A stretch of 64,000 bases of DNA, from NCBI GenBank assembly GCA_963764625.1, contig CAVXTH010000006.1:512001-576000 (forward strand), written 5' to 3'. This DNA is from Candidatus Krumholzibacteriota bacterium. GTDB taxonomy: Bacteria > Krumholzibacteriota > Krumholzibacteriia > JAJRXK01. The notes under the pieces were generated by a model. That model had not been told where the DNA came from. It saw nothing but the letters and a program-made list of their open reading frames with translations, and searched no databases. The position numbers and the translations under genes are program-made. Within the stretch, counting starts at the first letter, position 1, and the number at the start of each line of letters is the position of its first letter. This document shows positions 1-14,815 of the stretch, in pieces.

Positions 1-3000
1 TGCCCAGACGATTTCTCCTACTCCTCTTGTTTTGCGTCGGCCTGGCCGAGCCCTGCTTCGCGCAGGGCAATTTCATCCCTTCGTTTCATTCGTTCTGGGT
101 CGCGGCAAAGAGCGATTCGACGGCCCTCCATTGGCTGGGTTCCGATGAACTCGCGACCAGTCGCGACAGTTTCGCGGTCAAGCCGGGTCAGGTTCGGTTT
201 TCCCTCTCGATGAGCCAGGTGCTCGATCCCGTCCAGGCGAAGTGGAACGGGCAACCCTTGCAACAGTGGCTGGACTATGAGCTCGATCGGGCCCGCGGCA
301 CGGTGGTGTTGCTCCGCCCCCGAGAAGGCGAGGGGACTCTGATCGTGGAGTACCACTTCGATCCCGTCGCCGCTCCGCCGCGCGTGCAGCTCCACCCCAT
401 GAAGCGCCAGGCCGAGCTCCAGGAACTGGCCAAAGAAGGAACTCAGCCGAGCGCGGGCGGGAACTCGATCGAGCAGACCGAGGAGTTGGGCGCCGCCTCG
501 AGCGCGGGACTCTCGGTCAGCGGTTCGAAGACCGTTTCGGTGCAAGGCGGCACCAACCGCGATGCCACCGTCGATCAGGGACTCCACCTGGCGGTGACGG
601 GGAAGCTCACCGAGAACACCTTCGTGCGCGCCCAGATCTCTGACGAGAATCTTCCGATCACGCCCGAAGGCAACACCGAGGAGCTCAAGGACATCGATCA
701 GGTGCGCATCGAGATCTTCGGCAACGGCGGTCGAGCGCTGCTTGGAGATTTTCAGATCGACCAGCCACTGGGGATCTACGTTCCGTATCAGCGCAAACTG
801 CAAGGGCTCTGGCTACACGGCCGCAATTCGGCCGGCAGCGCGACTCTCCTGGGAGGGTCGCCCCGAGGCCGCCGCATCGAACTGGAGATCCGCGGAGAGG
901 AGGGGGTGCAGGGACCCTACGAACTCCTGAACGGTTTGCGGGACAGCGAGAGTTACATCATCGCGGGTTCGGAGAGGGTCTGGGTGGATGGTGAGCCCCA
1001 GACGCGCGGAGAAAACCGCGACTACACGATCGACTACATACGGGGAACCATCACCTTCACCGAACTGCGACCCATCGGTCCGGAAAACCGCATCGCGGCC
1101 GACTTCGAGGTCTCGGCCACCGGGTACAGCCGTACCGTTCTCGGCGCGGCGGCGGATAGCACGCGCTTGGGTCCGGCTTCGTTTCATGCCTCGTGGATTC
1201 GAGAGTCCGACGATCCCGACCGGCCCATCGGTGGTCCCCTGAGCCAGGAGGACGAAAAAGTGCTCCGCGAGGCGGGGGACGACCCGTCCAAGGCTCTGGG
1301 AAGCGGAGTGACGCCAGTTCCGCCGGGCGAAGAGGGAACCGGGGACTACGTGAAGAAGGATGAGAACGGAGTGGAGTACTACGTCTACGCTCCAGGGGAC
1401 TCGACCGCCAACTACTTCCTGAGCTTCGAACGCGTTCCGGAGAACCAGGGCGACTATGCCCAGAGTGAGATCACCAACCAGGGGAAACGAGTCTACGAAT
1501 ATCGAGGCCCGGGCAAGGGTGATTACGTGCTCGGACGGCGTCTCTCGCTTCCGAACCGCAGCGAAGCCCTGGTCATCGGCACGTCTCTGGGACAGCGCGG
1601 GAGCGAGAACGGTTTCCTTTCGGCCGAGGCGGATTTCACCCGAAGGGATGAAAACGTCCTCAGCTTCCGTGACGACGAGAATAACGACGGTCTGGCCTGG
1701 AGATTCGAAGGGGTGAGCCCCTGGTTTCTGGGAAGCGGCGAAAACTCCGGAGTCCGAGTCCGTGGAATGGCGGAGGGAATCGCGCCGGAGTTCTACCAGT
1801 TCGGAAGGATACGTACTCCTTTCTTCTACGATGCGTGGAACCTTCAGGACACACCGCGTATGCAGCACGAGGGCCGTGAGCTCTTCGCGTTGAACGCGCG
1901 CGGCGCCGAGCGGCAGAGCGAGGCGAGTCTGGAGCGACTCCATCGACACGGCAGCTTCCATGGCACCAGGGCTCGCTGGTCGGCGGACGGTACGCTCTTC
2001 GGTCCGTTCAACTGGCGGCACGACCTTGCTTTCATGTCCCACGTGGGAGAGACCGGTGCGACGGGGCACCGCCGGAACCGGTCGGCGCGACTGGGAGTGA
2101 ATCTGGGGCGATTCGAACCCTTCGTTCGTTGGAACGATGAGCGCTTCGACGATGGTCCCAGCGACCAGAAGCGTGGTTACCAGAGCCAGGAATGGGGAAC
2201 GGGAGTCCTGAGTCATCAGCGATTCGCGACAGGACGGCTCGAGTATCGACGACTGCTCGCGGACAGCCTTGCCGTTGAAGGAACTCGCTGGAAATTCCAA
2301 CAGGATTTGCGGGAGTGGAGGGCCGCGGCCGAAGGACTCCAGGGCGCCTTCCGCTGGAATCTGGACGGGACCTGGCGCGAGAGCGATCTGGACGGAGGGC
2401 AGAAGGAGAGCACGCGACTGGGACGAATCGGCCTCGGCTATCGGCCCGCGGGCAAACTCTACGGAGCGGATCTGGATTACCGGGCCGGGAACGATCGCTC
2501 CCGCGTGATCGAGCGGACGACGATCTTCGTGGGGGAGGGTCAAGGGGACTACGATCAGGAGGGCAACCGCATCGGTCGGAATCTGGGTGACTACAACGTG
2601 GTCTTCAGTCCCAGCGACAGCCTGATCGCCGCCACCGACGTGGAGCTCTCGGCGAAAGTAGATGCGGAGTGGCGAGCCGCACCCCTGGTAGGGGGCATCT
2701 CGTTCAACGGGCTATACAAGGTGAGCGAACGGTCGCAGAGCGACGACGTGGGCGGAGTTCTTCTCCTCGAACGCTCCCTGTTGCGTCAGCCGGACACCAC
2801 GATCTTCGGGGAGGAGCATGTTCGGGGCGACTTCGTTCTGCTGCGCCACGTCCGGAGCACGGATCTGCGTCTGACCTTCGATCAGACCACCCAGCTCGAT
2901 CGCCGCTTCTCCGCCACTCCCGAGAGCAGCGTGCGACGCGAACGCAGTTTCCGCGTCGATCGCGATCTCACCCGCGGATGGAGCCTGCGAGCCGATGGCG

Positions 3001-3449
3001 GAAACCGTCAACGTGAGAAGGTGGCCGATCCAACCGCCTCCAGCTTCCTGAACTCCTATCAGGTGGATGATCTCTACGCCGGTCTTCTTTTGGGTTACCG
3101 CGCTACGGCGCGAACGAGGACCAGCCTGGAAGGGAGGGGCACACGAAGAAACGACGGGTTCAGCGGAATCTCGCAGACCGTTCTCGAGTTCGTTCCCAGC
3201 ATCACGACCAATTTTCTCAGGGCCCGGTGGACGGTGGACTATCGCTGGGCCGACGTGAGGGAATCGGGAGGCGACCCGCTCCTGCGTCCGTTCTTCTTCG
3301 AGAGACCCGGCAGCAACCAGCGTTTCTCCACCGTCGCCCAGTGGATGTTGGGAAAGTCACTTTCCCTCACCGTTCGTTACCAGCTGCGCGACGAACCGCA
3401 GCGGAAGATCCTCCAGGACCTGAGCGTCGAAACGAGGGCGAGATTCTGA
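1..3449 (+). CDS. Very large secreted outer-membrane beta-barrel protein, SprA-related/conserved FCB hypothetical; start codon probably straddles the window edge
   Basis: The frame stays open upstream of 27 to '(x)tg ccc aga', giving MPRRFLLLLLFCVGLAEPCFA-Q (signal peptide). Repeated DYxxDxxRGT motifs, a GNTEELKDIDQVRIEI..LLGDF segment, amphipathic beta-strand C-half and terminal Phe (ARF). Confidence 0.6.
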   Translation, partial: PRRFLLLLLFCVGLAEPCFAQGNFIPSFHSFWVAAKSDSTALHWLGSDELATSRDSFAVKPGQVRFSLSMSQVLDPVQAKWNGQPLQQWLDYELDRARGTVVLLRPREGEGTLIVEYHFDPVAAPPRVQLHPMKRQAELQELAKEGTQPSAGGNSIEQTEELGAASSAGLSVSGSKTVSVQGGTNRDATVDQGLHLAVTGKLTENTFVRAQISDENLPITPEGNTEELKDIDQVRIEIFGNGGRALLGDFQIDQPLGIYVPYQRKLQGLWLHGRNSAGSATLLGGSPRGRRIELEIRGEEGVQGPYELLNGLRDSESYIIAGSERVWVDGEPQTRGENRDYTIDYIRGTITFTELRPIGPENRIAADFEVSATGYSRTVLGAAADSTRLGPASFHASWIRESDDPDRPIGGPLSQEDEKVLREAGDDPSKALGSGVTPVPPGEEGTGDYVKKDENGVEYYVYAPGDSTANYFLSFERVPENQGDYAQSEITNQGKRVYEYRGPGKGDYVLGRRLSLPNRSEALVIGTSLGQRGSENGFLSAEADFTRRDENVLSFRDDENNDGLAWRFEGVSPWFLGSGENSGVRVRGMAEGIAPEFYQFGRIRTPFFYDAWNLQDTPRMQHEGRELFALNARGAERQSEASLERLHRHGSFHGTRARWSADGTLFGPFNWRHDLAFMSHVGETGATGHRRNRSARLGVNLGRFEPFVRWNDERFDDGPSDQKRGYQSQEWGTGVLSHQRFATGRLEYRRLLADSLAVEGTRWKFQQDLREWRAAAEGLQGAFRWNLDGTWRESDLDGGQKESTRLGRIGLGYRPAGKLYGADLDYRAGNDRSRVIERTTIFVGEGQGDYDQEGNRIGRNLGDYNVVFSPSDSLIAATDVELSAKVDAEWRAAPLVGGISFNGLYKVSERSQSDDVGGVLLLERSLLRQPDTTIFGEEHVRGDFVLLRHVRSTDLRLTFDQTTQLDRRFSATPESSVRRERSFRVDRDLTRGWSLRADGGNRQREKVADPTASSFLNSYQVDDLYAGLLLGYRATARTRTSLEGRGTRRNDGFSGISQTVLEFVPSITTNFLRARWTVDYRWADVRESGGDPLLRPFFFERPGSNQRFSTVAQWMLGKSLSLTVRYQLRDEPQRKILQDLSVETRARF

Positions 3450-5180
3450 TGCGTCTCTTTGGCCGCAGTTCGGTTCTGCTCATCCTGTTCGTTGCAGTAG
3501 GACTCATGCCGTCCGCTCCCGCGGACGCGGTGGAAGAGATGCTCGCTCCCAAGTTGCAGGCCTCCCCGAGCGTCTCCGACGTGGTGGCGCGCGTCTTCCG
3601 ACGGCCGCCCGCCCTTCGTCCCGCACATCGATGGGAAAAGGACGCATGGGACGCTCTGCGGAGGAGAAGGTTGGCTCTGGGGGAGAGTCGCCCTCAGTGC
3701 TCATCGAGACACTCTGTTCGTCGACGCGGGTCCCCGCGCCCGCATCCTGGCCATCTCGCACAGCGGTGCCGACAGTCTGCAGTGGAACGCGTTCGAACGG
3801 GCCTCGGGAATCAGCGTGGGCACGTTTTACCGGCCGGGGAGCTGGGTCATGCAGAGCGAGCATGGCCTCGAGGAATTGGGCGACATGGGCTTTCCCTTCG
3901 CGAGCCTGACGGTTCGCCACACCGAAGTCGACCGGAAGGCGGAAGGAGTGAAACTGGATCTCCTTCTCTTGCCCGGCAGCGTCGCGAGTGTGGGTTCGGT
4001 CGTGGTGCTGGGTGCGCGACACACGCGTCCTGCGGTGCTCGCTAAACTCTCTGGTCTCCGCTCGGGTCAACAGTGGAGCGAGGAGAGACTGCGGCGGGCT
4101 CGGGAACGCCTCGAGGCAAGAGATGTCGTGACCAGAGTCGTGAACGCGCAGCCCATGCTACGCGGTGCGCAGCTCGACACGGTGGACGTTCTGTTGAAAG
4201 TGGAGCAACCCACCTCCATCGGTCAACTGGCTGCGGCCCTGGGGGTCACCCAGGGAGAGGCGGGCAAGGGAACGCGCGTGTACGGCACGCTGGACCTGAG
4301 TCTTCTCGATCTTCTGGGAACGGCGCGGCAACTGCGACTCTCGTTCCGCGATGACGGAAAATCCCGACGCACTCTGGACGTCGCTTACCTCGAACCGCTG
4401 GCCTTCTCCTCTCCGCTGGACGTCTCCGCAACGCTCGGGCAGCGCCACGAGGACGCTTTGTATGACATGATTCTCGGTGAACTCTCGCTGCGACTGCCTT
4501 GGCGCGGAGCGTCAGCGATCGAAGTCGGAGGCGGCATCGACCGGACCACCTTCGTGGGGGACGAGGGAATCCTCCGCGTACGCCGGCGAGCTCTGGCGCG
4601 CCTCGCCATGGGCAATCTGCGCCCGGAAAACGACAGCGGAATCTTCGGGAGCGTCGACAGCCGTTTAGAGTATGGGCGTGTCGCGCAGACGGTTGGAAAC
4701 CCGGGCGCGGGTCAGCCTGCGGTGAGCGCCGAAGAACAGACGACGGTCGATCTCGACCTGCACCTGGGTTGGGCCCTGGGCTCGCGTTTGGCGATCCTGG
4801 CGCGCGGCCGTTGGGCCTCGGTTTCGTCAAACCACTATCCTTTGCCGCAGTCCGAGCAGTTCTTCATCGGAGGGGCACGAACCGTCCGCGGCCACCGGGA
4901 AGGCGAGGTGCACGGCGAGATCGTTTCGCACGCCTCGTCCGAGTTCGTCTTGGGCCCAGCCCGGGGCGGACAGGCCTACCTGTTCTACGATGTGGGCTTT
5001 GCCCGCGAGACGGTGCAGACGGCGGGGAGATTGGGCTTGAAGAAGACCTGGATCAACGGCTTCGGGCTGGGTCTGCGCACGCCCGCTCCCTTCGGCCGCT
5101 TGGATCTCAGCCTGGGATTCGCCCAGAGACTGAGCTTCGACAACGGTCTGATTCACCTCGCCCTCATCAACCAGTTCTGA
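3449..5180 (+). CDS. Omp85/BamA-TamA family outer-membrane protein with POTRA-like domains; one apparent frameshift at about 3655-3690
   Basis: ATG overlaps the upstream TGA, followed by signal peptide MRLFGRSSVLLILFVAVG. The later frame carries the Omp85 loop motif FFIGGARTVRGH, GFGLGLR..PFGRLDL and C-terminal Phe. The two frames join with removal of one base. Confidence 0.75.
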
Positions 5181-5183
5181 TGA

Positions 5184-9994
<4,811 letters not shown>

Positions 9995-10015
9995 CTCGAA
10001 CCGTTATGTTCTCCT

Positions 10016-10045
10016 TTGGCCCAGTCTCTCATCGCGCTCTATCTT
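10016..10045 (+). promoter_or_regulatory. Possible sigma-70 promoter for hutU
   Basis: TTGGCC-N18-TATCTT in the intergenic region. Confidence 0.3.
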
Positions 10046-10076
10046 GAATCGGCCAGTTCAGAGAAAGTGAGGATCC

Positions 10077-11747
10077 ATGGCTTCAAGACCACAGGTCCAT
10101 GCCCCCCGCGGGACGAAATTGCACTGCAAGGGTTGGGTGCAAGAAGCGGCGTGGCGCATGATCCAACACAATCTCGATCCTGAAGTCGCCGAGATCCCCG
10201 AAGAGCTTGTCGTCTACGGAGGACGTGGAAAGGCGGCGCGAAACTGGCAGGCCTTCGACGCCATCCTTCGCGAGCTGGAACGGCTCGAGAACGATCAAAC
10301 CCTTCTGGTGCAGAGCGGAAAGCCCGTCGCAGTGGTACCGAGTCATCCCGACGCTCCGCGAGTCCTCATCGCGAATTCCAATTTGGTGCCGCGCTGGGCG
10401 ACCTGGGAGCATTTCGACGAGCTCGACCAGAAGGGCCTCATGATGTACGGCCAGATGACCGCCGGTTCCTGGATCTACATCGGCACCCAGGGCATTCTCC
10501 AGGGCACCTACGAAACGCTCGCCTCCCTCGCCCGGGCGCAGGGCTGGAAGGATCTCAGGGGAAAGATCGTTCTTAGCGGCGGACTCGGGGGCATGGGGGG
10601 AGCTCAGCCTCTGGCCGTGACCATGAACAACGGCGTCACGCTGTGCGTGGAAGTCGATCCCCAACGCATCTCGCGCCGGCTCGAGACGCGCTACCTCATG
10701 GATTCCACCACGCAACTCGAGGTCGCACTTCAACGGTGCCGCGTGGCCGCCGCCGAGGGTCGTCCCTATTCGGTGGGTCTTCTGGGCAACTGCGCCGACG
10801 TCGTGCCCGAAATTCTGCGCCGCGGCGAAGCCATCGACATCGTCACCGATCAGACCTCTGCCCACGATCCCTCCGCCGGATACATCCCCAACCGGATGAC
10901 TCTCGCCGAGGCTCTGAAGCTGCGGAAGAGAGACGTGGTGGCGTATCGGCAAGAAGCCATGCGTGCCATGCGGGAGCACTGCGAGGCCATGGTGGGTCTG
11001 CAGAGGGCGGGGAGCATCGTCTTCGATTACGGAAACAATCTGCGGGGCATGGCGAAGGACGCCGGCTTCGACGAGGCCTTCTCGTACCCGGGATTCGTGC
11101 CCGCGTACATTCGACCTCTCTTCTGCGAAGGAAAGGGCCCGTTTCGCTGGGTAGCGCTCTCGGGGGAGGCAAGTGACATTCACCAGACCGATCGCGTCAT
11201 CGTGGATCTCTTCGGAGACGAGGAGCCCCATCTCAAACGGTGGATCGAGCTCGCCTCCGAACAGGTCGCGTTCCAGGGTCTTCCCTCGCGCATTTGTTGG
11301 CTGGGCTACGGCCAGAGAGCGCGGGCGGGGCTGGCGTTCAACCAGTTGGTCCGCGAGGGCAAGGTGAAGGCGCCGATCGTCATCGGTCGCGACCATCTGG
11401 ACAGCGGCAGCGTGGCCTCTCCGTACCGGGAGACCGAGGGAATGAAGGACGGAAGCGACGCGGTGGCGGATTGGCCGCTCCTCAACGCTCTCATCAACGC
11501 GGTAAATGGGGCCTCGTGGGTCAGCATCCATCAGGGAGGGGGAGTGGGTATGGGACTCGCGATCCACGCTGGTCAGGTGATCGTGGCGGACGGAACCGAT
11601 GCCGCGGCGGTCCGCCTCGAGCGGGTACTGAACAGCGATCCCCTCACGGGCGTGGCGCGTCATTACGACGCCGGCTACGAATCGGCAGCCGCGTTCGCGA
11701 AGAAAGCCGGGATCAAGTTCCCCATGGCGGCGCCCAAAGGCGGTTGA
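10077..11747 (+). CDS. hutU: Urocanate hydratase
   Basis: [49 protein letters not shown]. Confidence 0.98.
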   Translation: MASRPQVHAPRGTKLHCKGWVQEAAWRMIQHNLDPEVAEIPEELVVYGGRGKAARNWQAFDAILRELERLENDQTLLVQSGKPVAVVPSHPDAPRVLIANSNLVPRWATWEHFDELDQKGLMMYGQMTAGSWIYIGTQGILQGTYETLASLARAQGWKDLRGKIVLSGGLGGMGGAQPLAVTMNNGVTLCVEVDPQRISRRLETRYLMDSTTQLEVALQRCRVAAAEGRPYSVGLLGNCADVVPEILRRGEAIDIVTDQTSAHDPSAGYIPNRMTLAEALKLRKRDVVAYRQEAMRAMREHCEAMVGLQRAGSIVFDYGNNLRGMAKDAGFDEAFSYPGFVPAYIRPLFCEGKGPFRWVALSGEASDIHQTDRVIVDLFGDEEPHLKRWIELASEQVAFQGLPSRICWLGYGQRARAGLAFNQLVREGKVKAPIVIGRDHLDSGSVASPYRETEGMKDGSDAVADWPLLNALINAVNGASWVSIHQGGGVGMGLAIHAGQVIVADGTDAAAVRLERVLNSDPLTGVARHYDAGYESAAAFAKKAGIKFPMAAPKGG

Positions 11748-11751
11748 CGCG

Positions 11752-13039
11752 ATGAGCAAGAAACTCCTCGCCGATTTTCTCGTGGACGGCATCGGACGTC
11801 TGTACACCTGCCGCCAGCCGGGTGATGACGAAGGTCCCCGCCGTGGGGAAGGTCTGCGCGAGGTAGGATTGGTCGAAAACGGCGCGGTCGCGGCCTATCA
11901 GGGAGAGATCATCGCGGTAGGAAGCTCGGATGCGGTGCGTCGAGGCGATCCGGGTGTTGCCCGGCGCGGAGTCCATCGACGCCGAGGGACGAGCGGTCGT
12001 CCCTGGCTTCGTCGACGCGCATACCCACGCCGTATTCGGCAAGGCGAGACCGGACGAGTTTGGCCGGCGTCTGGTAGGAGAGAGTTACCAGTCCATCGCG
12101 GAGAGCGGTGGTGGAATCCGGGCCAGCGTGCGCGACTTCCGACAGCGCAGCGAGAAAGAACTGCTGGGACTGACCCGATCGCGACTGAAGGAGTGCCTCA
12201 AGAGCGGCAGCACCACGGTCGAAGTCAAGAGCGGGTACGGACTGAATCTCGAATCCGAGTTGAAGGCGCTGAGAGTCATTCGCGCGCTGCAGTCCGAGCC
12301 GTTTCTTCCGCGCCTGGTGGCCACCTGCCTGGCGGCCCACGAGTTTCCCGACGAGTACCGCGAGCGGCGCGAGGAGTACGTCGATCTGGTGTGCGAAAGC
12401 ATCCTTCCGGAAGTGGCGAGTCAGAAGCTCGCCGAGAGAGTGGACGTCTTCTGTGAGCCGGGCGTCTTTAGCCAGGACCAGGCGCGTCGCGTTCTGACGA
12501 GCGGGCAGGCCCTGGGCCTAAGCGCCTGCATCCATGCCGACGAGCTCGAAGGGGGAGGGGGAAGCGCACTGGCGGTAGAACTCGGGGCCGCGAGTGCGGA
12601 TCACCTCGGCGCGATCTCAGAGGCTGGCATTCGGGCGCTCGCGGGGAGCTCCACGGTAGGAGTTCTCTTGCCGGGCACGATTTTCAGCCTGGGACTGGAT
12701 GAGTTTGCACCAGCCCGCGCGATGATCGAGGCAGGGGTGGCGCTGGCCGTGGCGAGTGACTTCAATCCGGGCTCGAACTACTGCTCCTCCATCCCGCTCA
12801 CCCTCAGTATCGCCTGCACCCGCATGCGCTTGCACCCTCATGAGGCGCTGGTCATGGCCACCCTCAACGCGGCCTGGAGTTTGGGGCGAGCGGCGCAAGT
12901 GGGGAGTCTGGACGTCTCCAAGCGTTGTGATCTGGTGGTGCTGGAAGCCGATTCGCTGGACGAGATGGTCCAGCACATGGGGGGGATGGTCGTCGACCGG
13001 GTGGTTTTGAATGGCCGTTCAGTTCCCCGAGGCGCGTAG
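11752..13039 (+). CDS. hutI: Imidazolonepropionase; apparent +1 frameshift at about 11941
   Basis: N-terminus in the 11752 frame (VENGAVAAYQGEIIAVG). It continues in the 11930 frame with PGFVDAHTH, EVKSGYGL, DVFCE, HADE, SADHL, SDFNPG. Confidence 0.92.
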
Positions 13040-13155
13040 GCGCCCGTACTTCCGCTACATGGTCAAGGACTTGCTAAGGGCTCCCAGGGATACCGGTTTC
13101 GGGATCCGGGGCAGCCTGGACTCCCGGTCAAAGTGCTGTTTTCCCCGGCGCACGC

Positions 13156-13171
13156 TGGCTTCCGCCTTGCA
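13156..13171 (+). promoter_or_regulatory. Sigma-54 -24/-12 element upstream of the TPR gene
   Basis: TGGCTTCCGCCTTGCA with exact GG-N10-GC spacing. IHF-like GGTCAAGGACTTG at 13061-13073. Confidence 0.55.
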
Positions 13172-13297
13172 GGGAGCCTGTGGAATCGGGGGAGATTCGC
13201 GCAGAAAGCAAGAACGCGGGAGGAGATCGACGATTCCTCGGCTCTTCCCCTATCGTCATTCCGTCCGGAACCGGGTCCTCGACTGTCGGGAGGGTGT

Positions 13298-14635
13298 GTG
13301 AGCAAGATCACTGATCTCAGGCGCAAGGCCACCGAAGCGAGCCGCACCCGCAACTGGGACAGCGCGGTGAAGCTCTACGAACGCATTTGCGATCTCGAAG
13401 GCACGAATCCGGGCTACCGGAACGAGCTCGGGGACGTCTTTGCCAAGATGGGAGACGTTCCCCAGGCGATCCTCTACTACAACAAGGCCGTCGAGCTCTA
13501 CAACGCGGTGGGCCTGAGCAACAACGCGGTCGCGGTCCTCAAGAAGATCCTCCGTTACGATCCCCAGCACATGGACAGCTACTGGATGCTGGGGGAGACG
13601 CGCCGCAAGCAGGGCTTGGGGGCGGAGGCCGGTACCTACTACATCCAGTTCTTGGACTGCCACGCGGAAGTGAGCGATCGCTCGCGCGAACGATTCCTCG
13701 ATCGGTGCGCGATGCTGCTCGACGTGGCCTCGAGCGACCTCGACATCTTGGGCAAGCTCGACCAGCTCTACGAGAATTGGAATCGACCGGTGGAGCGCGC
13801 GCGGGTCTTCGTGTGCAAGGCGCGGCTCGCCCAGGAATCCGGCGAAAGCGACATCGTTGCGCGGTACCTGGAACGCGCCCGCTCGATGACCGGTGATCTG
13901 AACAGTATTCCCGAATACGAAGAGTTCTTCGCGAGCGCCAGTGACGAAAAAGACACGGACGTCGATTCCGGTCAGGAAATTGAGATCGACGATGAGGTCG
14001 ATGATCTCAAGACGGGCAATTCCGGCGAATTCAGCTTCGAGCTCGATTTCGACCGGCCGGGAGAGACGGCGAAGATCGATCCCCCCGGGGCAAAGGACGA
14101 CCACGGCACGGGGCAGAGCCAGGAAGAGACCCTGGCCATGGAGGGCGTGAATCTGCTCGAGGAGATTCTCGCGGATGGGGACATGGACATGGCCGCGGCG
14201 GAACAGAATCAGATGGACAGCATCCGTCAGGATCTGGTGGGCCAGATCGGCAACGACGTGAAACCGCACGACCATCAAGGACACTACGAGCTGGGGCTCG
14301 TCTACATGGACATGGGAATGTTTGAACAGGCATTGCCCTCTTTCCAGCAAGCCGCCGAGGGAGAGAAGACGCGGCACAAGGCGCTCGAGATGCAGGGAAA
14401 CTGTCTGCGCAAGTTGGGTCGCCCCGAAGAGGCGCTCGCGGTGTATGAGCGGGGCATCAGTCTCGGCGGCGCGGAACCCAGAAACTCTCTCGGGATCCTC
14501 TACGAGTATGCCGCATGCCTGGAATTCATGAACCGTTTGGAAGAGAGCGCGGAAGGTTTCGAGCGCGTGCTCAGCCTGGATGAGAGCTTCCTCGACGCGC
14601 AAGAGCGTCTCGACGCGCTCCGCACCCGGCTCTGA
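13298..14635 (+). CDS. TPR protein with acidic linker and FimV/SgmX-like C-terminal TPR module
   Basis: N-terminal TPRs, a D/E-rich middle, then HYELGLVYMDMGMFEQA and further TPRs. GTG start after GGAGGG. Confidence 0.75.
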   Translation: MSKITDLRRKATEASRTRNWDSAVKLYERICDLEGTNPGYRNELGDVFAKMGDVPQAILYYNKAVELYNAVGLSNNAVAVLKKILRYDPQHMDSYWMLGETRRKQGLGAEAGTYYIQFLDCHAEVSDRSRERFLDRCAMLLDVASSDLDILGKLDQLYENWNRPVERARVFVCKARLAQESGESDIVARYLERARSMTGDLNSIPEYEEFFASASDEKDTDVDSGQEIEIDDEVDDLKTGNSGEFSFELDFDRPGETAKIDPPGAKDDHGTGQSQEETLAMEGVNLLEEILADGDMDMAAAEQNQMDSIRQDLVGQIGNDVKPHDHQGHYELGLVYMDMGMFEQALPSFQQAAEGEKTRHKALEMQGNCLRKLGRPEEALAVYERGISLGGAEPRNSLGILYEYAACLEFMNRLEESAEGFERVLSLDESFLDAQERLDALRTRL

Positions 14636-14815
14636 GACCGCTCTCAGCGGTTCCCCGCGCAGCGCCGGCCACCATCTTCGGCCGTTTCCCCCAGAATTTC
14701 GGAACTCACTGCGTTGCTTCGGGGTTGCTCCCTGTAGCGAGGCGTGCTTTCATGGGGCCTCGCAAGAATGACCGCCTTCTTCGTCCCCACCTGACCCGCT
14801 TCCCGGACGACCGCC

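Noticed and set aside
10083-11807. Long antisense ORFs (574 aa here; also 813-2543, 21432-23672, 33481-35244, 38143-39405, 52148-53296)
   Set aside because: They mirror well-supported + strand genes, have no recognisable motifs, and are expected from GC-rich codon bias.
14636-14815. Cobalamin or other riboswitch upstream of the plug-barrel gene
   Set aside because: Only two short hairpins, with no B12-box or other conserved aptamer motifs visible.
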